Source of the DNA: an uncultured Acidobacteriota bacterium
Lineage (GTDB): Bacteria; Acidobacteriota; Blastocatellia; RBC074
NCBI GenBank assembly: GCA_963699175.1
Contig: OY969418.1
Span: 5,959,101-6,023,100, forward strand
Direction: 5' to 3'
DNA: 64,000 bases
Shown here: positions 49,527 to 60,903 of the stretch, piece by piece
Position numbering within the stretch: the stretch's first letter is position 1
Layout: each line of letters starts with the position of its first letter
The notes under the pieces: model-generated
Told to the model about the DNA's origin: nothing
Database searches by the model: none
What the model saw: the letters and a program-made list of their open reading frames with translations, nothing else
Program-made: the position numbers and the translations under genes

Positions 49527-50597
49527 CCTGACACCTCACACTGACCAAACTTAACTTTTGTAACGAGACTCGATAAGCGAACTAGAAAAGTGTTCAGGCT
49601 GTGATTAGACGATTATGCAGCCTGAGAATGATTTTGTATCCGGCTATTCAATCTTCAGTTCTTTGTTTCTTTAGCTTCTTAGAGAGCTTGAGCTGCAAAC
49701 CCGTGGCGGCTGCTAAGAAGAGCAGGCCAAAAAGCATCAGAAAGAAAGGTTCAGCAATTGGGGATGTAAAACCGAACATCGTCTAACCTCGGCAGTAAAG
49801 TGAACCATCCGTAAAATCTGCTTTCGTGAGGAAGCAGGGACGCTGCAAGGAGAAAAGGAGAAAGCGTTGTGTGATGTTACGGGGACGATTGATACTCTAG
49901 CTGCCAACGCAGCCATCGGAGTTTTGTTAGCTAGTGAAAAGGGAAGCGGACTAAATTTGCCGCTGAGCTGGGCTGCCATCAGTGTAAATGCTGATCCGCT
50001 TACCACTCACCAGGCCATCAAACTCTGATTTCCCCAGTCACACCACAACAAACGCTTTCAATCAACGAACAATCCGACTTGGCTCTCATTTTGCTTTGCA
50101 AGCTTGCCAGGAAGCTGGATCCGTTCAGTAGAAGCAAACTTGAAAGACTCACAAGGCTTGAAATCGAGCTTGTTTCTGACGGCTATATGAATACAACATT
50201 TGTCGTGTTGCGCACATCGGTCTGCGTGACTATTTTGATCAGGCTAAATATGGCTAACTACTGCTATTTTCCTGCCTTTAGTACTCATGTGCTTGCCGCT
50301 GTATGGCAAGCATGTGTTGATTGGTGGTTGATTACACGAATGGGAGCTAGCAACTGAGACTACATGTACTATCTATCAGGCAAACCAAATCACTTCGTTG
50401 GCAAAGAACTACGATTCGTTTGAATTATGCAGATGAGATTAGCCGCGATTTGGAACCTCACTGGGAAAGAAAGGTAAGCGAAGATAATGAGACTGAAGGT
50501 CGTGCCAATAAAACACTTTGCGAGTGACGAAGCATCAGTCACCCTGTTTTTATGGGATATTGCGCCAGGCAAGCTGTATTGAGCAAACTATGCCCAA

Positions 50598-51374
50598 TTA
50601 CATCGGCGGTTTGGCCAGACCATGGCGATACGAATAGATAGCCAATTCAAAACGGTCGCCGACTTCCAGTTTGGAGAAGATTGAAGAGAGATGATGGCGC
50701 ACCGTAATCACGCTGATGCAGAGCCGGTCGGCAATTTGTTGGTTGCGCAAGCCCTCGCCGATCAAAGTGACAACTTCACGCTCGCGTTCAGTCAGGCGGG
50801 CAATCTTTACCGCTTCGTAATCGTCTTGTGAGTGGTTCTTGGGCCGCCACATCTCGGCCACTTGGCGTTCTTTCTCAGAAATATGATTGGCCGCTGCTGC
50901 CGCCGCCTCTGTCGCAGGCGTACGCGTATTCCAGAGGTCGCTGAGTACACGCGCCATCAAGATGCCATCCAGCCAAACTTCGCCTGCCGAAACTTTACGA
51001 ATGGCTTTGACCAGCACATCGCCGGCTTCGAGCTTGCGCACGATACCCATCGCGCCATTGCTAATAGCGGCGTGATGCACGTCGAGATCGTAGACGCCAG
51101 TTAGGACCAAGACTTTGGTCTTCGGTGCCACTGCGAGCAACTCAGTCAAGCACATCAGTCCGTGGCTATCACCCAAATCCAAATCCAGCAAGATGACATC
51201 CGGCTGTTCGACCTTCGCCAGTGCTGTAGCTTCTTTACAACTGGCGGCGTCACCTACCACGTGCAAGCCTGTCTGCGATTCGAGCAACAAGCGTAACCCC
51301 TCGCGTACGATGACTTGATCATCAATCAGCATTATGCGAATCGGTTGAGCGACGGAGCCGGGCATGGGTCTCAT
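50598..51374 (-). CDS. NarL/LuxR-family response regulator 1
   Basis: IDDQ, LLDLDL, VLTG receiver plus LTEREREV...NQQIADRL.IS..TVRHH HTH. Confidence 0.93.
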   Translation of the reverse strand: MRPMPGSVAQPIRIMLIDDQVIVREGLRLLLESQTGLHVVGDAASCKEATALAKVEQPDVILLDLDLGDSHGLMCLTELLAVAPKTKVLVLTGVYDLDVHHAAISNGAMGIVRKLEAGDVLVKAIRKVSAGEVWLDGILMARVLSDLWNTRTPATEAAAAAANHISEKERQVAEMWRPKNHSQDDYEAVKIARLTEREREVVTLIGEGLRNQQIADRLCISVITVRHHLSSIFSKLEVGDRFELAIYSYRHGLAKPPM

Positions 51375-52224
51375 AAAATTACTTCAAGCTCTAAGTTGAG
51401 TTATAGCGGATGTGGGCACAGTGTTTGACCAGCGTTGTGAAGATCAAACGGCTACCCTTTACCGGGTGTGGCGGTCTGCCTTTAATCACCAAATCGTCGG
51501 GATAAAGGCAATGGGGGAGGAACTGCCCGGCCAAGCAAGGTAGCTTGGGGCAGCTCATTTTGTGCGTGATGCGTCGCGAAGCCACTTCCAGGAGTAGCTC
51601 CGTCTGGCATCCTTAGATCAGGAAATCAGGCAAGCCGGGGGATGATGTTCGGCAGCTTGGTGAAAGCGAGTCAAAAATCTCTGCAAGGGAGAATCGCTAC
51701 GCTCACTTGCGGCCACGCAACGTCATCCCTTGCAAGAGCGGCAGATCATGCTTACTGGCTGTTTCAATCCTACAGTCGCTGGCAATCCAGCACCGACCTG
51801 CCTACTTTGTAAGCCCAGTGAAGACCGGCGTGAATTGCAAAGCTTGAACCGAAAAAGTCAGTCCACACTCCAATGTTCAGGCGGTAATTAAACCGACCTG
51901 AGACTTAGTCCCTGAAAATCCACAGACACCTAGTAGTGGAAGATTAAACGAAACATTACACTTTAGGACGAGGCCAGACGCGCGAAAGTTAGAGCGGAGC
52001 GATGCTTTGCCGCAATTGCAAACAGTGTTGGCAAGTACCTGTTTGTTGAGGCACACAGCAGCTATGCTTGGCGAGTTAAAGAGCCCCGTTAGACGTAATA
52101 GGATTGTTGAGAAGGTAGACTGGTAGTGCAATAGATGGCTGAATACAATAAGCCCGCAGCGCCTCAATCTTTATTCAAGCGAAGCGGTCTGCGGGCCGGT
52201 AAGAAACTCTGCAATGAAAAAACA

Positions 52225-53220
52225 CTATTCGCGGACGATCTGTATAAAGAACTCTTCAGCAGGCTTGAGTTCTTTGCTGGTTGTGATGCCAGTTAAGAGG
52301 ACTGCGTAATAGCCGTCTCGGAGCTTGTTGGCTGGCACCTCCAGAACCAGGCTCTTATCAGATTGAACGACCTGCGTGCTTATGCCTTGGCGGCGAACTA
52401 TCTCTTGTCCTTCGATAGTCTTCAACGCAGCGGTATAACTGGGATAAGCACTGTGCTCGCCGCCGCTCAAGAGCAATTGAAGCCGGAGCGTACTTGCATT
52501 AGCCGGAATAGTAATCCTCTTGGCATCCCCACTACCGCGCACACGGGATGGCCGCAGCGTTATACTTAACAAACTGAGCGCCGGGGCTGATTTACTGGAT
52601 GAAATGATGCCAGGTGTATCATCCAATGAAGCCTGCAACTGATCGGTCACCTCGGCCAACGACTTGAGATCATTGCGTTGCTTGGCAGACTGTCTTTCGC
52701 CTCTGGTTTTGGGTTTGGCAGTTTTCTTTTGCAAACTCGCCTGCTGGGTCTCACTAGCTTTGACTTCTTCGCGCAGTTCGGTGACGAATGTGCTCAGCCA
52801 CAAGGCGGTCAGTGAAAGTACGGCTACTGCAACCGTTGACCAGGCAAAACTCAGCTTAGGCGTAAAAAAACTATGCAGCCAGCGGGCGCATGATGCCCAC
52901 AGCTTAGGCTTGATTGGTTGCGCTGTGGTTGATTGCCAACCGCTTTGATCGGCAATAAAGGTCATCAGCTTTTTGGTAGACTCGAATTTGCGGCGGCGAC
53001 GAGCAGACTTGAGAAAGTTCTTTTCAAAGAGGCTGCCTTCTTCGGACGTCAACGCGCCACTCACATATTCGCAAATTAACTCTTCTTCCAACGCCAGCAA
53101 CTCTTCATAAAAACGCTGGTCGCGGAAATAACGTGTCTCGATCTGGCTTTGCTCCAACTCAGTAGAGGTACCTAGCAGATAAGACATCAGCAACTGTTCT
53201 TCTCGCACTCTAGTTTTCAC
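52225..53220 (-). CDS. putative membrane-anchored anti-sigma factor
   Basis: YLLG...IE.RYF.D...EEELI.EYV.G.L N-domain, one TM helix, coiled coil and beta-rich C-domain. Downstream of the ECF sigma. Confidence 0.7.
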   Translation of the reverse strand: MKTRVREEQLLMSYLLGTSTELEQSQIETRYFRDQRFYEELLALEEELICEYVSGALTSEEGSLFEKNFLKSARRRRKFESTKKLMTFIADQSGWQSTTAQPIKPKLWASCARWLHSFFTPKLSFAWSTVAVAVLSLTALWLSTFVTELREEVKASETQQASLQKKTAKPKTRGERQSAKQRNDLKSLAEVTDQLQASLDDTPGIISSSKSAPALSLLSITLRPSRVRGSGDAKRITIPANASTLRLQLLLSGGEHSAYPSYTAALKTIEGQEIVRRQGISTQVVQSDKSLVLEVPANKLRDGYYAVLLTGITTSKELKPAEEFFIQIVRE

Positions 53221-53506
53221 GGTATCACCTGCTCACAATCCCACGGATGGTGCTCATTCGATTGCCTATTGATTAATGGGTGATTAGTTATTGCGGATAG
53301 GGCTTTCGTGGATGCGGTGTCTGTAGTTGGGCATTTGATGTTCCGCACCTTAAAGTGCGGCGGCCACAGATTTATTACAGACAAATAGACCCAACGCGAT
53401 TCACCCTGCGGCTTTTGTTGGATTAGGCAAATCATTTCCAATCGCCGCAATAACGGCGGCCACGTAGGTAATTTGGCCGACAACCCGGTCAGCTCTTTTT
53501 GCCCGG

Positions 53507-54124
53507 TCAATTCTTTTTGTCGTTGAGACATCGGTTGATGCAATCTTCTAAAGTCGCTCTGAGTCGGTAGACACGCACACGCAAGACATTGAGGCTAACC
53601 CCTAGCTTGTTGGCCAGTGCAATTCGGTTGTCAATCTTAGCTCTTTTTTCGGTTTGATAATACTGGATGACAAGTTCCTGGTTTTCTTGTGAGAGCTGCT
53701 TCAGGCAGTGTTCAAAGCACTCGTACATCTGCTCACGGCTACGACGCTCTTCCGTATCTTCCTCCGGTGCGGAGAGGTGCTCGAATTCCGGCGGATCATC
53801 TTCTTGTTTGCTCTGTTTGGGTAAGACTTCCAAGGCCAAACGGCGGGCCACACCATAACAATAGTCTGGCAGGTTGCGAATGATTTCTCCCTCTTCCATC
53901 CGGCGCGCCACACGGTTGAAGGTCTCGTCGGCCAGGTCTTCGGGAAAGGCACAGCCGCGCCAATCGAAGAAAGTCACCAGCACGCGGCGCAAATGCTCGT
54001 ATTCTTCTCCAGCCAATTCCCGATCCGGATTTAGCCCTTCCAGCAGCCTGTTGAACGAGTCGGCGCTTAATGCCCAAACCTTCTCGCGCCGGGACGGCTC
54101 AGTTGCTCGTTGATTCTTTCTCAT
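53507..54124 (-). CDS. ECF-type RNA polymerase sigma factor
   Basis: Region 2-like EDLADETF..VAR...YCYGVAR and region 4-like CLKQLS...LANKLGVSLNVLRVRVYRLR. Confidence 0.8.
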   Translation of the reverse strand: MRKNQRATEPSRREKVWALSADSFNRLLEGLNPDRELAGEEYEHLRRVLVTFFDWRGCAFPEDLADETFNRVARRMEEGEIIRNLPDYCYGVARRLALEVLPKQSKQEDDPPEFEHLSAPEEDTEERRSREQMYECFEHCLKQLSQENQELVIQYYQTEKRAKIDNRIALANKLGVSLNVLRVRVYRLRATLEDCINRCLNDKKN

Positions 54125-54971
54125 AGCACCCTAAAGCATCAGATTTTGGGTGTCAGCGCGCTCGCGCTTGAGTCGTCACTTCCCAGGTACACGCAGCTTT
54201 GCGTGGCGGGAAGCTCACCTCCAGGCAGCGATTATCCCTAACACCTATGCCGCAGCTTGCGCCGTGTCATCACACGATTGCGCAGCTCCGACACCCGATA
54301 AACCTTTTATCAGCTCCAGCGCGCTGCTCCGAGAACTCGGTTCAGCGCTCACCTACACCAGACCTTCCTGCCATTGTTATTACCCACGAGCGTGTCTTGG
54401 AAATTTTGGGGCTCTGGATGGCTTCTATGGTCAGTTCGTTGGCTGTCTCAAAAGAAATTCCTGATTTTGCTCTCTCTTTATTAAGCTGCTCCGACGCTGT
54501 TGTGCGCACTGCTGCATGCTTATGTACACTTACTCCAATCAGGGAAGGGACGGCAACACCTCTGCTAAACATAAGGGATCGGCACAGCATATTGACTTGT
54601 CTACCTTGCGCGTATTGATCTTTCGTCTAACGGAGCCAGCGGGGTTGCAGGATGCATGCTTATGACGAAAGAAGTTAAGAACTAATATTTGGATGGGAAT
54701 GCGTTCGAATCCGGCTAAAGCGGCAACTGCTTAGCACCGAAGTTGTGTAGCCCAAGTACAACCTGCCGCTTCGCCTCAATATTTTTGGTGCTGTCCGAAA
54801 CATTCATGGTTTGGGGAATGTTTCGCGATTAGGGACGCGGCGCATTATAGACAAAGCGGTTGCTTAAATAAAGCCGAGAATTGCGATGCCGCAAACAAAA
54901 GATCGGATATTAGTTATAAGAAAGGGCGTGGTGTTTCCTTTTGGAGCGATACGGGCTTGTACGGGTAGTTT

Positions 54972-55745
54972 TTACAAGGGGAGTTTCGCCAGTCCATGCC
55001 GATAAGCGTAGATAGCCAATTCAAAACGATCACCGACATCCAGCTTGGAGAAGATTGAAGAGAGATGGTGGCGCACCGTAATCACGCTAATCGAGAGCCG
55101 ATCAGCGATCTGCTGGTTACGCAAGCCCTCGCCAATCAAACCGATGACTTCGCGTTCACGTTCGGTCAATTGGGCGATACGCGCGGCCTCATCGGGTGTA
55201 GACGGCTCGGCCTGATGTCGCCACAAATCAACCACCTCACGCTGCGGCTGGCTCAGGCGCACCTGTCCAACTCCGATGAATTCCAACGGCTGTCCGGCAC
55301 GCACGCGCCATAGATCATTCAGCACGCGCGCCATCAACGCACCATCGAGCCAGACTTCACCGGCAAAGACTTTTCGAATGGCCCTGACCAAAGTTTCGGC
55401 AGCTTCCATCTTGCGCACGATGCCTACGGCACCGCGCCCGACCGCTTGGTGGTGGATGTCCAGATCATAAACGCCGGTCAGCACGAGCACGCGCGCGTGT
55501 GGCGCGACGGCCAGTAATTCGGGCAGGCAATCCAGCCCATGGCTTGCGCCCAGATCCAAATCGAGCAGGATAATGTCAGGTTGCTCACGCGCAGCCTGTG
55601 CCACGGCGTCCTGGCAGTTGGCTGCCTCGCCCGCAACGGTCAAGCCTGTTTGGTTTTCCAGTAACAGGCGGAGTCCTTCTCTAACGATGACTTGATCATC
55701 AACCAATAAGAGGCGAATAGATTGTGCGGCAATTGTGGCTAACAT
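54972..55745 (-). CDS. NarL/LuxR-family response regulator 2
   Basis: Close paralog of 50598-51374. Start set at MLATIAAQ. Confidence 0.92.
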   Translation of the reverse strand: MLATIAAQSIRLLLVDDQVIVREGLRLLLENQTGLTVAGEAANCQDAVAQAAREQPDIILLDLDLGASHGLDCLPELLAVAPHARVLVLTGVYDLDIHHQAVGRGAVGIVRKMEAAETLVRAIRKVFAGEVWLDGALMARVLNDLWRVRAGQPLEFIGVGQVRLSQPQREVVDLWRHQAEPSTPDEAARIAQLTEREREVIGLIGEGLRNQQIADRLSISVITVRHHLSSIFSKLDVGDRFELAIYAYRHGLAKLPL

Positions 55746-56654
55746 GATTTTGACCGTTTTTCCGCAAGGCTTGACTGACAGAGTAGCACACCAGCCAACG
55801 CCAGAAACGGTTTGAGGGACACGTTGCTGTGCATTTCTATCGCCATCCCATAGTTCCACCAATCTCTCGCCGACACCACACCAATGCTTCTAGAGAACAG
55901 ACCTCACCCTGCATTGCAAAAAATCAGATTGAAAATGAACTTGCTCGTGAAGGAACCCTAAGCTTACGACAGAAAGACAGCCCCGCGTATGCACCATAAA
56001 AATCGGGCGGGTACGCTTGGGGGAACGAAGTGCCGTCAATTCGTCTCGCTTGAATTGAACGTTTGCTGATTGGTCTTGCGTCGGAAATTCTGTCGCGCTC
56101 GATTGTCTGTTTAAGACGGCTACAGGTATAGCTTCTAAATGCCTGATCGTCAAGACTGTTCACACTAGGTCTGGGTCTAACCGCTAAAAATAACAGACTC
56201 GCAGTGTCAGGCACGAAGTGATGACCATGCGTAAGAATTGCCAGCCAACCTGGCTTGATTTCGATTAGAGTCGAGAGATGCTTTACGAAACACCCCTACT
56301 ATTGAGAGGTTGAGTCATACTCAAGGCGGATTCTTGGCTTGCGCCGATAGTCCTGAAGAGCTTACAATCCGCGCCCAGGTAGATCGGTGCTCAATAGTTC
56401 CACAGTCCCAAAATCCAGCAGCACATTTGTCAATTATGTTGTTTTAGTTGGTTCATCATCAATATGTCGCTACAAGTTACTGTGTGCTATGTAATGAATG
56501 CGACGAAATGCTCAGCATGTATGGAGCTAATTTGATCGGGCAGACCAACAAAAAAACTTGGCAGAATGGTTGTGGGATTACGCACGGCGAACACCAGTTC
56601 TCCGCTACCGGGCAGCCAGCCGATTCACTGGAAGTACGCAGTAAGAAAGAAAAC

Positions 56655-59600
56655 ATGAACGGTAAACAAGCGAAGGCCCTGTTAATTGAAGATGATCCGC
56701 TTTATGCCCAGGCCATTCGCGGATTGTTCATGGCCAAAGGCGTAGCCTTCGAGCTGGAGTGGGCCAGTAGTCTAGCTGCCGGATTGGCACGGTTGGCGCA
56801 GAATGAGATTGACATCGTACTGCTCGACTTGGCCCTGCCTGACAGTGAGGGGTTGGAGACCTTCAACCGCATCCATCGTTCCGTCCCTGATCTGCCGATC
56901 ATCGTCTTGACCGTGACCAACAACGACGACCTCGCCATCCAGGCTATGCAGGCTGGCGCGCAGGATTATCTGGTCAAAGGCGAGATCAACCGTCACCTGT
57001 TGCAACGCGCTATGCGTTACGCCATTGAGCGCCAGCACGGCGAATCAGCCCTGCGCGAAAGCCAACGATTGATTCAAGAAATTGCCGACGTCACGCCAGA
57101 GATTATCGTTATCTACGATCTGGACGAGCAGCGCAGTGTTTACGTCAATCGCCAACTCTCGAACATTCTCGGTTACACCACCGGACAGCTCACAGAACTC
57201 AAGCCAAAAGACTGGGTTGTGCCTGATGACTATCCACATTTGGAAGAGTTGTTCAAACGCTTGCGTGGCAGCGCCGATGGCGAGGTGTTGGAGCTTGAAT
57301 ATCGTGCTCGGCACGCGCAAGGCGGCGTCCGCTGGTTGCACAGCGAGCTAACGGTTTTTGCCCGGCACGAAGCTGGTGAGGCGCGCCAAGTTCTCATCAC
57401 TTCGCACGATGTCACTCATCGGCGGCGCGCCGAAGAGGCGTTGCGCCAGAGCGAAGAACGCTACCGCGATCTGGTCGAAAACAGTGGCTTGCTGATCGGC
57501 ACACACGATGTGGAAGGCCGCTTCCTGAACGTCAATCAGCCCACTTGGAAGTTCTTTGGCGTCGGCAGCGCGCAGGAATTGGAAGGGCGTCGCATCAGCG
57601 ATTTACTGCCCTCCTCAGCCCGCGCTAGGTTTGATGAGTATCTGCAACGCGTCGTCAAGGAAGGCAGCGCCCAGGGCGTAATCCGCGTCCAGCTCGCCAA
57701 TAATGAAGAACGGCTGCTCGAATACGATAATTCACTGCGGCAAGATGTGCAGGGCCGGATTGTCATTCGCTACATTGCCCGCGACGTGACCGAGCGCCAA
57801 CAGTCCGAACGCAAAATCCGCGAAAGCGAAGAGCGCTTCCGGCTGATCGCCGAAAAATCCACCGATATGATCGGGCGCTACTCGGTTACGGGCGACACCC
57901 TCTACGTCTCGCCCGCCATCACGCGCATTTTGGGTTACGAGCCGGAAGAGTGTACGGGACGCTCGTTCTACGAATTCTTCCACGCCGAAGATGTCGAGAC
58001 GGTGCGGCGCGCGCACACTTCGCTGCTCGAAAGCCCCGCCACGCAGAATGTGACCTATCGCTGCCGCCACAAAGACGGCCATTACGTCTGGTGCGAGAGC
58101 AACGCGCGGCTGATCCGTCAACCGAGCAATGGGAGCAATGGAAAAAAGGCGAACGCTCCGCAGGAGATTCTCGCCATCACGCGCGATGTCTCCGAGCGCC
58201 AGCAGGCTGACGAAGCACTGCGCGAGAGTGAAGAGCGTTATCGCGACTTGTTCGAGAATGCCAACGACATCGTTTTCACTACTGATCTTGAAGGCAATTT
58301 CACTTCGTTCAACAAAGCAGGCGAGCTCATTACCGGTTACACGCGTGCAGAGGTAGTGGAGCAGGGCACGCTGGAATCATTCACGCAAAGCTTCCGCAAG
58401 GCAGTGCTCGAAATGCTGGAAAACAGAACCTCCGGCAAATCGAAGACGCGCTATGAACTTGCGCTGACTTCCAAAGAAAAACAAGAACTGATTCTTGAAC
58501 TCAGCGTCCGGCTGATTACCAAATCGGGCAAGCCTGTTGGCGTGCAGGCCATTGCGCGCGACATTACCGAACGCAAACGCGCCGACGAAGAACGCGCCAA
58601 GCTCGTTAAACAACTCGAAGCCGAACGCACGCTCTTACAGGCCGTGCTGCGGCAGATGCCGGCGGGTGTGCTGATCGCCGAAGCGCCGTCGGGCCAGGTG
58701 ATTTTGGTCAACGAACAGGCAGCGAAGATTATGCGCCGTCCAGTTAACGATCTGCGCAACGGCGTTAAATTCGAGGCCTTTCGTCTCGAAGGCAAACGTT
58801 ACAAGGTTGACGAATGGCCGCTCACGCGCGCGATCAAAGAGGGCGAGACGGTCACGGCTGAGCAATTGCAAATCCGGCGCAGCGATGGCGCATTGATTAC
58901 ACTGCAAGTCGAAGCTGCCCCGATTCGCAACCGGCGTGGGCGCATTGTCGCGGGCGTGATGGCTTTTAGCGACATCACCGAGCGCCGCCTGAGCGAAGAG
59001 CAGATTCGTGAACAGGCCGCGCTGCTCAACAGCGCGCAAGACGCCATTGCCGTACTTGATTTGGAAGGCCGTGTGCTCTTCTGGAATCACGGTGCGGAAC
59101 GGCTCTACGGTTGGGCTTCGGCGGAGGTCTTGAATCAACACTTGAGTGAAGTGCTCGATGCCGAGTCAGCGGCGCAGCAGAGCGCCGAGATGTTCCGTGA
59201 GTTGCTAGAGAAGGGCGGATGGAGCGGCGAGTTGCGTCAACACACCAAAGACAAACGCGAGATCATCGTCGAAAGCCGCTGGACGTTGGTGCGTGATGAC
59301 TCTTACAAGCCGAAATCTGTGCTCGTCATTAACACTGACCTGACCAGCCGCAAACAGCTTGAATCGCAGGTGCTACGCATGCAGCGCTTGGAGAGCATCG
59401 GCTCGCTCGCTTCGGGCATCGCACACGATTTGAACAACGCGCTCGCGCCGATCCTGATGGCATTGCACACACTGCAACAGCGCTTCACCGATCCGAACAG
59501 CCAGCACTGGCTCTCGCTCATCCGCAAGAGCGCCGAGCGCAGTCGCGATCTAGTGGATCAGGTCTTGACCTTTGCGCGCGGCGCGAGTGGCGCGCGTCTG

Positions 59601-60509
59601 CCGCTTGAACTCAACGAATTGCTGCTTGATCTCGCTACCATTCTCAAAGAAACCTTGCCGAAGAACATTAAGCTTGAGGTCAGCGTGCCCGATGACCTCT
59701 GGCCGATTGTCGGCGACAAGACGCAGGTTCATCAGGTCTTGATGAATCTCTGCCTCAACGCGCGTGACGCTATGCCGCAGGGCGGTCAGCTCAGCATCAA
59801 GGCTGAAAACGTGCAACTCAAACAGCAAGACATCTGGACGCACGAGGGCGTCAAGCCTGGCCCGTTCGTGCGCCTTACTATCGCCGACACCGGCACGGGC
59901 ATGCCGCCCGAAGTGCTTGACCGCATCTTCGAACCGTTCTTCACCACCAAAGAACAGGGCAAAGGCTCCGGACTGGGTCTCTCCACCTCTTCCGGCATCG
60001 TGCGTGGTCACGGCGGGTTTATCGAAGTCAAAAGCGAACTCAGCAAAGGCTCGCGCTTCACCGTTTGCTTGCCGGCGGACGAAGACGCGCTCGACTGGCC
60101 CGCCGAGCCTGAGAAAGAAGAAGAGCAGGGCGATTTAATCCTGGTGGTGGATGATGAGCCGACACTGCTCGAAGTGACGCAGGCGACTTTGGAGACGGCT
60201 GGCTACCGCGTGCTGGCGGTGAGTAATGGGCAGGAAGCTTTGGCGGTTTATCGTGAGCAGCACAAAAAGATCAAAGCCGTGTTGACCGATATGGCGATGC
60301 CCGGCATGGACGGCTTGGCCGCGAGTCAGGCGATGCAGGCCATCAACCCAGAGGTCAAGATCATCGCGACCAGCGGCCTGCGTTCACAGCAGAATATCGA
60401 AGATGCCAAGCGTACCGGCGTGCAGGCGGTTTTGTGGAAGCCTTACACAGCGGACGAGTTATTGGACAAGCTGGCGGAAGTATTACAGCAAGCAACGACC
60501 GCAAAATAG
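56655..60509 (+). CDS. cytoplasmic hybrid histidine kinase (REC - 6xPAS - HisKA - HATPase - REC)
   Basis: IEDD/LLDL receiver, six PAS/PAC units ending D[IVL][TS], AHDLNN, NARDA, DTGTG, FFTTK, GLGL, C-terminal receiver. Start set at MNGKQ. Confidence 0.93.
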   Translation: MNGKQAKALLIEDDPLYAQAIRGLFMAKGVAFELEWASSLAAGLARLAQNEIDIVLLDLALPDSEGLETFNRIHRSVPDLPIIVLTVTNNDDLAIQAMQAGAQDYLVKGEINRHLLQRAMRYAIERQHGESALRESQRLIQEIADVTPEIIVIYDLDEQRSVYVNRQLSNILGYTTGQLTELKPKDWVVPDDYPHLEELFKRLRGSADGEVLELEYRARHAQGGVRWLHSELTVFARHEAGEARQVLITSHDVTHRRRAEEALRQSEERYRDLVENSGLLIGTHDVEGRFLNVNQPTWKFFGVGSAQELEGRRISDLLPSSARARFDEYLQRVVKEGSAQGVIRVQLANNEERLLEYDNSLRQDVQGRIVIRYIARDVTERQQSERKIRESEERFRLIAEKSTDMIGRYSVTGDTLYVSPAITRILGYEPEECTGRSFYEFFHAEDVETVRRAHTSLLESPATQNVTYRCRHKDGHYVWCESNARLIRQPSNGSNGKKANAPQEILAITRDVSERQQADEALRESEERYRDLFENANDIVFTTDLEGNFTSFNKAGELITGYTRAEVVEQGTLESFTQSFRKAVLEMLENRTSGKSKTRYELALTSKEKQELILELSVRLITKSGKPVGVQAIARDITERKRADEERAKLVKQLEAERTLLQAVLRQMPAGVLIAEAPSGQVILVNEQAAKIMRRPVNDLRNGVKFEAFRLEGKRYKVDEWPLTRAIKEGETVTAEQLQIRRSDGALITLQVEAAPIRNRRGRIVAGVMAFSDITERRLSEEQIREQAALLNSAQDAIAVLDLEGRVLFWNHGAERLYGWASAEVLNQHLSEVLDAESAAQQSAEMFRELLEKGGWSGELRQHTKDKREIIVESRWTLVRDDSYKPKSVLVINTDLTSRKQLESQVLRMQRLESIGSLASGIAHDLNNALAPILMALHTLQQRFTDPNSQHWLSLIRKSAERSRDLVDQVLTFARGASGARLPLELNELLLDLATILKETLPKNIKLEVSVPDDLWPIVGDKTQVHQVLMNLCLNARDAMPQGGQLSIKAENVQLKQQDIWTHEGVKPGPFVRLTIADTGTGMPPEVLDRIFEPFFTTKEQGKGSGLGLSTSSGIVRGHGGFIEVKSELSKGSRFTVCLPADEDALDWPAEPEKEEEQGDLILVVDDEPTLLEVTQATLETAGYRVLAVSNGQEALAVYREQHKKIKAVLTDMAMPGMDGLAASQAMQAINPEVKIIATSGLRSQQNIEDAKRTGVQAVLWKPYTADELLDKLAEVLQQATTAK

Positions 60510-60903
60510 AGCGCCCCGGAATTGCAAATTTGAGTGCTGAGATTGGCAATTGCTGGCCGCCGTTCGACAAAGAATCTGCTTGCGTGGCTGTAGCGAACTT
60601 CCTACAATCGCCACGCCACGAGTTAGTCAACCGGCATCCCTGAAAAGCCCCGAATCATTCACTGGATTCGTCATTGAGGCAATCTTTCGCGCAAGCGAAT
60701 ATGGCTTGGCGCTGGCAAAAAGCCAGGCGCAACTAACGAAGCCAAAGCCTGGCCCCTATCAACATCGTTGCCCGCGCGATTTTTCAATGACACGGTGCTG
60801 CCCGCGCTTTGGCTGTGCGTTGCAGAACGAGTTGTTATCGTTATTTGAATTTATACCGCAGAAATTTATTTGAACTGGTGCCGCAAAGAGAACAGGTGCA
60901 ACG

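Noticed and set aside
50095-50110. Possible sigma-54 promoter for the EPS operon (TGGCAAGCTTGC on the minus strand)
   Set aside because: GG-to-GC spacing is not 10 nt.
51391-52167. Short ORFs 51391-51585 and 51877-52167 as a possible CHAT-gene remnant
   Set aside because: No TPR or CHAT motifs, and no clear RBS.
54615-54650. GTCTAA...AGCGGGGGTTGC resembling the 3' half of a c-di-GMP-I riboswitch
   Set aside because: The 5' GGCAAAC...GAAA...GACGCAAAG portion is absent.
54701-54715. GTTCGAATCC resembling a tRNA T-loop
   Set aside because: Flanks do not form a T-stem, and there is no D-arm, anticodon arm or acceptor stem.
55746-55862. N-terminal extension of NarL regulator 2
   Set aside because: The paralog starts shortly before the receiver, and the extension has no recognisable features.
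56448-56654. 69-aa Cys/His-containing N-terminal extension of the kinase in the ORF track
   Set aside because: TTG start in AT-rich spacer. The receiver begins right after ATG 56655, like the paralog.
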